From NCBI GenBank assembly GCA_965197905.1, contig CBDAOB010000004.1:640001-704000 (forward strand): DNA of 64,000 nt, in the 5' to 3' direction. Origin of the DNA: Candidatus Latescibacterota bacterium (lineage in GTDB: Bacteria; Latescibacterota; UBA2968; UBA8231). The first letter of the stretch is position 1. Each line of letters starts with the position of its first letter. This document shows, piece by piece, positions 29,833-37,453 of the stretch. The position numbers and the translations under genes are program-made. The notes beneath the pieces were generated by a model. It ran no database searches. It saw only the letters and a program-made list of their open reading frames with translations, and was not told where the DNA came from.

Positions 29833-31302
29833 CTACCTATTCTGTACCAACTCGTCGTTGTGCCAGTACCCCGACTTAGACTTCCCACTTGCCCGGTAGA
29901 TGGTGCCAGGGCCCTCCTTATATCCGTCGAACCACTGACCGACGTAGCGGCTTCCATCGGGCCAGGTGTAGGTGCCCTGTCCGTGCATGGCCCCTTCCCA
30001 CCAGTCGCCGGCATAGCGGTCGCCGGAGGTCCAGGTGTAGACCCCGTATCCATGTTCGTGGCCGAAGCGGTACTCGCCCTCGAAGCGGTTGCCATTCTTC
30101 CACATGAAAACACCGCGGCCATGTCGCTTCCCCTCCCGCCATTTGCCTTCGTAGCGGTTCCCGTTCGTCCAGACGAAACTGCCCTCTCCGTGGACCTTGC
30201 CCTCGGCCCAATCGCCGGTGTAGTAGTCCCCGGCTGCCAGCGTGAACGTGCCTTCCCCGTGGCGCTGGTCGTTTTGAAAGGCGCCGACGTAGGTGTCGCC
30301 ATTGTGCCAGGTGTAGGTGCCCTGCCCATGCAGCTTGTCATCCCAAAAATCCCCCACGTATCGATTCCCGTTGGACCACACGAAGATCCCCTTGCCATCG
30401 CGTTTTCCCGAGCGATAGCTGCCCTCGTAGCGATCGCCTGCGACGGTAGTAAACACCCCCTTGCCGTTCGATTTGTCGTTGCGCCATTCGCCGTCGAACT
30501 GGTCGCCGTTGATCCAGGTAAAGTGACCTTTGCCGTAACGTTGGTTCTCGCGCCAGTTTCCAACGTATTGATCCCCATTGTGCCAGGTAAGCGTACCCTG
30601 TCCATGGCGGTTGTCGTCGCGCCAGTCGCCTCGATATTCGTCGCGGTTGGACCAGGTCAGGGTACCGCTACCGTATCGCCGCCCATTGCGCCACTCGCCG
30701 GCGTACGTCTCACCGTTGGTCCAGGTAAAAATGCCCTGACCATGGGGTTGGTCGCTGCTCCAAGTGCCCTCGTAGGTGTCGCCGTTGTTCCACCAGTAAC
30801 TTCCCTGACCGTGGCGCAGGTCGGCATACCACTCCCCCCCATAGCTCTCACCCTGCGAGTTCTTAAATGTGCCCTCGCCGTGACGCTGTCCCAACCGCCA
30901 TGACCCGGAATACTCCGAACCGCTGACGTATCTGCGTTGTCCGTTGCCATGGGGCAACAAGCCGGTCTCGGCGGGGGGTCGCAGGCGGATCTCGCCGATG
31001 TAAGTTCCCTGCTCTGCCCAGACGACGCGGAATTCTCCCACCGCTTCCCCCTCTTCGAAGCGGCCGCTTGCTTCTTCCCCTTCTGGCAGCCAGCGATACG
31101 TCCCGGTCCCGTGGGGCAAACCGCGGACGAACTGGCCCTCGTACTCCTGCCGATTAAAGTAGAGCAACTTCCCAGCTCCGTGAGGCTGGCCGTCCTGGGT
31201 CTCGCCGCGATATTTCCCTTCCGGAAGGGTGAGGTGTTCTTCAGCTTCCAGAGGCGCACCTAGAATTAGCCCCAGCAGTGGAGCCCATTTCCACGTTGAC
31301 AT
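29833..31302 (-). CDS. Secreted MORN-repeat protein
   Basis: Signal peptide from ATG 31302, followed by a long tandem run of 23-aa YxGxWxxxxxHGxGxxxWxNG units. Confidence 0.92.
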   Translation of the reverse strand: MSTWKWAPLLGLILGAPLEAEEHLTLPEGKYRGETQDGQPHGAGKLLYFNRQEYEGQFVRGLPHGTGTYRWLPEGEEASGRFEEGEAVGEFRVVWAEQGTYIGEIRLRPPAETGLLPHGNGQRRYVSGSEYSGSWRLGQRHGEGTFKNSQGESYGGEWYADLRHGQGSYWWNNGDTYEGTWSSDQPHGQGIFTWTNGETYAGEWRNGRRYGSGTLTWSNRDEYRGDWRDDNRHGQGTLTWHNGDQYVGNWRENQRYGKGHFTWINGDQFDGEWRNDKSNGKGVFTTVAGDRYEGSYRSGKRDGKGIFVWSNGNRYVGDFWDDKLHGQGTYTWHNGDTYVGAFQNDQRHGEGTFTLAAGDYYTGDWAEGKVHGEGSFVWTNGNRYEGKWREGKRHGRGVFMWKNGNRFEGEYRFGHEHGYGVYTWTSGDRYAGDWWEGAMHGQGTYTWPDGSRYVGQWFDGYKEGPGTIYRASGKSKSGYWHNDELVQNR

Positions 31303-31403
31303 CGCTCGGTTCCCCGGTATATCTTTCCGCCCGAAAGGGTCTATATTCGGTAAATAACAGGATTGCAGAAAGCTGTCCACACTGAATCAGACAGATCGAT
31401 ACC

Positions 31404-32234
31404 ATGAAGTACATAATGTTTACCAAACATCTGGAAGGTCTGGACCTGGCCGGCATCGCCGGAGCTCTGAACTCCGTGGGCGTTGAAGGGGCTGACTTGT
31501 GCGTGCGTGAGGGCTATCCGGTCAGTCCGGAGAACATCCAGACCGCCTTGCCGGACGCCGCCCAGCAGCTCGCCGACGAGGGCTTGTCGCTGCCCATGGT
31601 GACCGGACCGGGGGAGCTCACCCGACCGGACCTGGACTATGCGGACGAGTTTTACGGGGTTTGCGGCGAGGTGGGGGTCAAACATATCAAGATCGGGTAT
31701 TGGCAGTGGAACCGAGAGCAGCACTACTGGGACCAGGTGAGCGAAATCCGGCAGCAGCTGGAAGGGTTCCAGAAGCTGTCGGAGGAACATGGCGTGCAGA
31801 CCGTCGTACACACGCACTCCGGGACCAACATGGGGCTGAATAGCTGCTCGGTGATGGACCTGGTGCAGGACCTGGACCCGTCACTGGTGGGAGTCTTCCT
31901 GGACACCGGTCATTTGAGCCTGTGCGGCGAGCCGATTACCATGGCCCTCGACATCGTCAGAGATTACCTGTCGGTGATGGCATTCAAGGATATGATCTGG
32001 GAGAAGCGAACGGTGGGCGGCGAGACGGTATGGAAATCTCGGGTCGTGCCCATGGGCCAGGGATATGTGCACTGGGCAGAGGTCTTGCGCGGACTCGAAG
32101 CGGCCAGCTTCGAGGGCCACGTCAGCTTCCACAGCGAATACTCCGGGCAGCCGACTAAGCGGGTGGTGGAGCTGGCCCGCACCGACGTCGAGTTTATCGA
32201 CGTTACCTTGACCGGCGAGGAACCTGCGATCTAG
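31404..32234 (+). CDS. Sugar phosphate isomerase/epimerase (xylose-isomerase-like TIM barrel)
   Basis: GADLCVR, VHTHSG, FLDTGH, AFKD, VPMGQG, SFHSEY. Confidence 0.85.
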   Translation: MKYIMFTKHLEGLDLAGIAGALNSVGVEGADLCVREGYPVSPENIQTALPDAAQQLADEGLSLPMVTGPGELTRPDLDYADEFYGVCGEVGVKHIKIGYWQWNREQHYWDQVSEIRQQLEGFQKLSEEHGVQTVVHTHSGTNMGLNSCSVMDLVQDLDPSLVGVFLDTGHLSLCGEPITMALDIVRDYLSVMAFKDMIWEKRTVGGETVWKSRVVPMGQGYVHWAEVLRGLEAASFEGHVSFHSEYSGQPTKRVVELARTDVEFIDVTLTGEEPAI

Positions 32235-32399
32235 CGGCCCGTGGCAAAAAGCCATTTGGGCTGCGGCCGGCTCTTGCAGCCGACCCCTTCGCTGTGCTCG
32301 GTCACCGCATCTTTCTGATGCGTCTTACTCTCACGCCTTGATCTCGGCCGCAATACGTCGGCCTCGCTCTTCAAAGCGCCTTTCACCACCGGCTGCTAG
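32231..32399. mobile_element. MITE-like non-autonomous element flanked by CTAG
   Basis: CTAG at 32231-32234 and 32396-32399. Imperfect terminal inverted repeats of about 22 bp, nested internal inverted repeats, no ORF. Confidence 0.65.
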
Positions 32400-33037
32400 G
32401 GCAGCTGCGCCGTCTCTACCTTGATGTAGTTCCCCGGAAACAACCTTCCTTCGACACTAACACCCTTGAAATGGGAACCCTGTCCCAGAAACAGGGCAAT
32501 CCCCTGGGGATCGGGCAGATAGTGATAGAGACTCCCGTCCTCTGCCTCCAGGTGATGCAAGTGTCCAAGCTTGCAGCTGTGCGGCAGATCGGCCACGTCT
32601 AGTCCACACTGACACTTGTTGGTACCAGCCAGGGTAATCTGCAACCCCGGGTCAGCGCGCAATCCCGCCAGATCGAGGTCCAGGGAAATCGTGTCCGATC
32701 TCTTCAGCTCGGCAATGTGCAGCAAGGCCCCACGCTTGAGCAGCTTCCCGGTGACGTGGACGACCGAGCCGGCCTGTAAATCCCCCAGCTTTTCGTCGTT
32801 TTCGGGAGTTTCGAGGAAGGAGTAGAGCCCACCAGCGGTGGCCAAGGCGCGGCCCGCGATGCCTTCCTTCTGGTCAGCGCCACCCTTGCTCGTGGCAGCG
32901 TGGAAGAACATCTCCATGTCGACGATCACCCCACCCTCGGCGAAATCGGTACTGACAGCGTTTCCGGCATCTTTGGTTGCCGCGCTGGCGGCTGTGAGTG
33001 GCAACATCATTCCGAGCAGTATTCCCCGTGCATTCAT
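32396..33037 (-). CDS. Secreted hypothetical protein with Cys/His cluster
   Basis: Signal peptide MNARGILLGMMLPLTAASA; CQCG...HSCKLGHLHH motif; GAGG RBS before ATG 33037. Confidence 0.7.
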   Translation of the reverse strand: MNARGILLGMMLPLTAASAATKDAGNAVSTDFAEGGVIVDMEMFFHAATSKGGADQKEGIAGRALATAGGLYSFLETPENDEKLGDLQAGSVVHVTGKLLKRGALLHIAELKRSDTISLDLDLAGLRADPGLQITLAGTNKCQCGLDVADLPHSCKLGHLHHLEAEDGSLYHYLPDPQGIALFLGQGSHFKGVSVEGRLFPGNYIKVETAQLP

Positions 33038-33217
33038 GACATCCTCTTGGTCGCGATAGTTCGTTCGGTAAAGGTGTGAGGTGAATATCACATGTTTGAT
33101 CCTTTTTGCCAACGACTCGTGAAGCACCTCGGATCAGAATCGCTGCATCGTCCGTCGACCCACCTCTGAGATCCTCGACCTATCTGGTTACAACGCCGGA
33201 AAGGTACGGTCTTTGCG

Positions 33218-34447
33218 ATGATTCTCTCCGGAGAAAACGCCAATCACACAGACAACAGACCTCAGGGCATAGTGATATCTAGAGAGGATCCGGATCAGCA
33301 CCAGATTGTTCTCAGCGGCAAGGGGTTTCGGTTTGTCCGCGGTTTTCTCGGACTGATCGTGCTTCTCGCGGTCGTACTCGTCATCTCCACTCTCGTCATG
33401 AGTTGGAAGTTCGGTATGAACGTCACTGTTGAAGGAAAAGGTGTGGTAGAACCGGTTGACCGCCTTTGGGTCAAGGCACCCCTCAACGGACTCGTTGAGC
33501 GGATCCTCGCCAGGCAGGGTCAGCTTGTTGCAGAGAACGATACCGTGGTCGTGTTGGATACCACGGAACAGCTCGCCGAGATCCGGAAGTTGCAGAATGA
33601 CTTGGAGATCAACCGGAGCCGCAGACTGGAGCTAAAGCTGGAAATCGATCAGGAGGGCAGGGTAGGTGCTGCCAATCTACGAGGCGCGCATACGGACCTG
33701 GCGCGGGCACGGATGGAACTAGCACATGTACTCGCCGAGCAAAGATTGAGCTCGAATGGCGCAGCGATGTTCGCCAGAAAACCGATGGAAGAGCTTATCC
33801 CGGTTCAGAAGAGCCAGGCTCGGCTCGATAAGGCGTTGGCTGACTTGGACCTAGCGAAGAAACGGGGTTTCGTCGATCGCCGAAATCAGGAACTCGAAAC
33901 TCTTTTCAAACTGGGCGAAAAGCTGCGTCACGAGCTCGAAACCATCGCTCGAAGGATCGAGCGGAGCACGGTAACCGCAGGAATTGCCGGAGTGGTGCTC
34001 ACCGGTGATTTGTACCGACGGGTAGGCGACCGCGTGGTGGCTGGAGAGACCATTCTGGAGATCGCCAAGCTCAACCACTGGCAGGCCGAACTTGGAATTG
34101 CCGAACACGACATTCCACGGGTTAAGCCCGGCCAACGAACGCTTCTATACGTAAACGCCTTTCCTCACCTGGAGTTCAAGATATTCGAAGGGACCGTCAG
34201 CCACGTTCCCTCGGCCCCTGGTCCGGCCGTCGCCGGAGTGTCAGAAGGGTATCCGGTGAAAATTGGCGTAAAGAACCCACACGTTACCGATGGAATTGCG
34301 AAATACCGATTAGTTCCGGGAATGCGGGTGGAAGGATCCATCGTCGTGGAGCGCGCCCGGATTCTGGGAATCTTGTGGAAGCGGCTCCTGAAAGCGAGCG
34401 GGAAGCTGGAGAAGAAGAATGAACTTCAACTGCTGGACCCAGTATGA
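33218..34447 (+). CDS. HlyD-family periplasmic adaptor / secretion protein
   Basis: Single N-terminal TM, GKGVVEP, VKAPLNG lipoyl half-motifs, long coiled coil, DIPRVKPGQ, LVPGM. Confidence 0.9.
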   Translation: MILSGENANHTDNRPQGIVISREDPDQHQIVLSGKGFRFVRGFLGLIVLLAVVLVISTLVMSWKFGMNVTVEGKGVVEPVDRLWVKAPLNGLVERILARQGQLVAENDTVVVLDTTEQLAEIRKLQNDLEINRSRRLELKLEIDQEGRVGAANLRGAHTDLARARMELAHVLAEQRLSSNGAAMFARKPMEELIPVQKSQARLDKALADLDLAKKRGFVDRRNQELETLFKLGEKLRHELETIARRIERSTVTAGIAGVVLTGDLYRRVGDRVVAGETILEIAKLNHWQAELGIAEHDIPRVKPGQRTLLYVNAFPHLEFKIFEGTVSHVPSAPGPAVAGVSEGYPVKIGVKNPHVTDGIAKYRLVPGMRVEGSIVVERARILGILWKRLLKASGKLEKKNELQLLDPV

Positions 34448-36159
34448 GCAACTTGCTTCGCATGGTGTCGTTGTTGAAGCCATACTGGCGCTACCTTGGT
34501 CAGTCACTTGTCGTCGGAATATTGATCATGATGCTGCAGCTGCCGGGACCGTACATGACCAAAATCCTCGTAGACGATGTCTATCCGCAAGGTGACGAAT
34601 CACTCCTCTGGTGTATCCTGATCCTGGGATCCGTCATGACGATGGGGCTCGGACTCACCAATCTTTTGAGCGGATACTTCGGACAGTTCGTAGGCGTTCA
34701 CATGGGACTCGATTTTCAATCACGGTTCTATCGACACATTCAGTCCCTCGATTTCGGATTCTTCGACCAGCGGGAGACCGGAGCTATCATCTCCAGATTC
34801 GACGACATGTACCAGTCGATCACAAGTGTTATTCAGATAGTCAACTCGTTCGTCATGAACCTGCTGCAGTGCCTCATTTTTCCCCCGATCCTCCTGTTGA
34901 TCAATTGGAAGTTGGCGCTGGTAAGCATTGCCGTCCTGCCTCTCGACACCATTCTCGTGGTAACCACGAGAAAATACTTCAAGAGTCTGTCGGAACGCTT
35001 GGCTCAACGGTCCGCTGAATTGAATGCGCGCCAGTATGAATCGCTCAATGGTATCCGAGCAGTACAAGCGTTGGGGTTGGAATCGAGCTTCTATGTGAAA
35101 ATGGTCCATCTATTGAGCGCGGTGACAGACCTGCAACTTCGATCGGCTCTCTTGCAGGGAGGCACGAACTTCGTTGCAACGAGCATAAGAGCAGGCGGCA
35201 CATTCGCATACGGAATCTACGGATGGACCCAGGTTCTGGAGGGCCATCTTTCGCTCGGTTCGTATCTCGCATTCTCCGGCTATGTAGGATTCTTGTACGG
35301 ACCCATCGGGAATCTCGTAGGGCTTCTCGGACGCGTCGAGGTAACCCTCGTCCACGTAAATCGGTTTCTCGAGTTGTACGACCTGCGCCCATCCATATAC
35401 GACGAGCCCAACCAGAAACGGCTGGGAAGAGTGCGTGGACAGATTTGCTTTGAGGGCGTGAGCTTCTCCTACGATGGCAGGACGATGATCTTGCAGGAGA
35501 TTGGGCTCACCGTGCCCTCCGGATCGACACTCGCCCTCGTTGGTAGAAGCGGAACGGGCAAGTCGACCCTGGCCAAACTGGTCCCACGATTCTACGATCC
35601 AACGTCCGGCACTGTTACCGTCGACGGCGAGGACGTTCGCAACGTCCGTCTGAAATATCTGAGGGAAAACGTCACCTACTCGCTGCAGGGTAACAACATT
35701 TTCCATGGAACGGTGTTGGAGAATCTGACCTTTGGGCGTCCACTGTCGGAAGCCACCGTAAAAGAGGCAGCCCGCAAAGCACACATCCACGATACCATTG
35801 CTGCGCTGCGCGATGGATACGAGAGCCACGTGGGTGAACAGGGTGTGCAGCTATCCGAGGGAGAGCGGCAGCGCCTGGTGTTGGCGAGAATCCTGTTGCT
35901 CGATTCGCCCATCGTTATCCTCGATGAACCGACCTCGGCGCTCGATATGGAATCCGAATACCTCGTTCACGAGGCGCTCGGCAATCTCAAGAGAGATCGC
36001 ACCCTGATCGTTATCGCCCACAAGATTTCGACGATTCGAAGTGCGGACGAGATCGCTGTTTTGGACGGAGGAAGAATCGTAGAGAGGGGGGATCACAGCC
36101 AGCTGGTGAAGGCAGATGGATTGTATTCTCGGATGAACCAACTATCGGCAACGTTGTAG
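34444..36159 (+). CDS. ABC exporter (TMD+NBD), no C39 peptidase domain
   Basis: TM domain begins at the N-terminus. Walker A GRSGTGKS, signature LSEGERQR, Walker B IVILDE, H-loop IAH. ATGA overlap with the HlyD gene. Confidence 0.93.
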   Translation: MSNLLRMVSLLKPYWRYLGQSLVVGILIMMLQLPGPYMTKILVDDVYPQGDESLLWCILILGSVMTMGLGLTNLLSGYFGQFVGVHMGLDFQSRFYRHIQSLDFGFFDQRETGAIISRFDDMYQSITSVIQIVNSFVMNLLQCLIFPPILLLINWKLALVSIAVLPLDTILVVTTRKYFKSLSERLAQRSAELNARQYESLNGIRAVQALGLESSFYVKMVHLLSAVTDLQLRSALLQGGTNFVATSIRAGGTFAYGIYGWTQVLEGHLSLGSYLAFSGYVGFLYGPIGNLVGLLGRVEVTLVHVNRFLELYDLRPSIYDEPNQKRLGRVRGQICFEGVSFSYDGRTMILQEIGLTVPSGSTLALVGRSGTGKSTLAKLVPRFYDPTSGTVTVDGEDVRNVRLKYLRENVTYSLQGNNIFHGTVLENLTFGRPLSEATVKEAARKAHIHDTIAALRDGYESHVGEQGVQLSEGERQRLVLARILLLDSPIVILDEPTSALDMESEYLVHEALGNLKRDRTLIVIAHKISTIRSADEIAVLDGGRIVERGDHSQLVKADGLYSRMNQLSATL

Positions 36160-36204
36160 AAAGACCTCGGGGAGCTGATCGACACCACATCAAAGGAGAG
36201 AGCA

Positions 36205-36564
36205 ATGAGAACGTTGATTAAACGAAGGCCGAAGTCTTATAGTGGAATGGACTGCAAGGTTAGTGCCTATGGATCTGAGGATGGAGGATTCTTGGGCTCG
36301 ATGAGAGCTCTGGCTGACAGCGTCTTCAGCGGTGGGACTGTGGCTACGGACACCTTCAGCGTAGGTGCCGTTAGCGCACACTACACGGTCACTTCTCCAA
36401 TCAAGATCACGCCCACGAGTGCTACCTTTTCGGGACCTCTTCCCGTAAGTGTCGGAGTAAGCATAGCTCCGTCCACGACAAGCCAAGGTCCAACTCCAGG
36501 ACCAGATAGCTCGATAAACGGGGTAGGGACCTATAGTGCAGTCGCCGACGAAACCCGGCGTTAA
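36205..36564 (+). CDS. Putative precursor peptide / secreted substrate (basic leader ending VSAY, Ser/Thr/Gly/Pro-rich core)
   Basis: Strong RBS AAAGGAG 5' of the ATG. It is the only small non-enzyme ORF between the exporter and the proteases. Leader MRTLIKRRPKSYSGMDCKVSAY. Confidence 0.65.
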   Translation: MRTLIKRRPKSYSGMDCKVSAYGSEDGGFLGSMRALADSVFSGGTVATDTFSVGAVSAHYTVTSPIKITPTSATFSGPLPVSVGVSIAPSTTSQGPTPGPDSSINGVGTYSAVADETRR

Positions 36565-36702
36565 TCGAAGTAAATCTTGGCTTATTGAAGACTGATTGAA
36601 CGGTGTCGAAGCTCCTCGAGGTCGGTCTTAGGTTGTCGACAGTGACGTAAAGTGGGCGCGGCTAGACTTCTGAGAACACTCAACTGCAGCGAGAGACCGA
36701 GA

Positions 36703-37452
36703 ATGGCGAGAAGTGTGAGTTGGCCGAAAGATGTGGACATATCCTTCCTTCGTGGAATGGTACTGCTGGTGGTCTTGTTCTTCGTGCCGCACCTAGTTCT
36801 TGACGCCTCGTTCAGAATGGGATTTCCAAACAACGTGGCAACCGTCAAGCACAGTATCGAGATGGCCCTCATCTATACTGTAGTCCTCGCAGTTGTTCTA
36901 GTTACGCTGAAGCTAGTTGGCCAGATCTCCATCGTGCCCTTCTTGCAGGTGAAGACTCTACTGCCTTCGGAGTTACTCGTTTGCGTATCCTTTGCAGCCT
37001 TGTTCGGCTTCTTTCAATTTTATGCTAGCGTTCCGTACGGAAGGCTGCTTCCAGATGTAGACTACATTCTTTTCTTTTTGGCGGGGCTCCTGGTACACTC
37101 TGTGCTATGGCCTCTGATTGAAGAGGTTATTTTTCGAGGTGTCGCGTTCGTCGCGCTGTTCAACTATAGCAAGAGCCGCCTCACGGCGTACTTGGGATCG
37201 ACCTTCCTGTTTACGATCTTCCACGCGCCTTCTCTTCCGAATCTCTTCCTTCACGCAACTACGGGTCTATCGAACGCACACCTGATCCTCATCGTCTCCT
37301 TCTCGTTTTTTGCAGCCTTTATATATGAACGGACGGGGAAACTCATGCTGTGCGTGCTGGCCCACGGTGTCGTCAACGGCATGGAGTTCCTTGGTGTCAT
37401 TGTTGGTTACATAGTCGATTTTCCGCTTCCAGAGGACGGACCGGGCAACTAA
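36703..37452 (+). CDS. CPBP (Abi/CAAX type II) intramembrane glutamic protease
   Basis: EEVIFRG, FTIFH and AHGVVN motifs; polytopic. Start uncertain (GTG 36652 or ATG 36703). Confidence 0.88.
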   Translation: MARSVSWPKDVDISFLRGMVLLVVLFFVPHLVLDASFRMGFPNNVATVKHSIEMALIYTVVLAVVLVTLKLVGQISIVPFLQVKTLLPSELLVCVSFAALFGFFQFYASVPYGRLLPDVDYILFFLAGLLVHSVLWPLIEEVIFRGVAFVALFNYSKSRLTAYLGSTFLFTIFHAPSLPNLFLHATTGLSNAHLILIVSFSFFAAFIYERTGKLMLCVLAHGVVNGMEFLGVIVGYIVDFPLPEDGPGN

Positions 37453-37453
37453 G

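Noticed and set aside
29758..30903. 381-aa hydrophobic repetitive plus-strand ORF
   Set aside because: Antisense shadow of the MORN-repeat gene; its periodicity mirrors the MORN units.
29833..31000. 69-bp periodic DNA repeats considered as a CRISPR-like array
   Set aside because: The repeats are degenerate at synonymous positions, encode MORN units, have no unique spacers, and no cas genes are nearby.
36205..36564. Small ORF as a lanthipeptide, thiopeptide or double-glycine bacteriocin precursor
   Set aside because: The core has no Cys, and there is no LanB/C/M, YcaO or C39 peptidase in the window.
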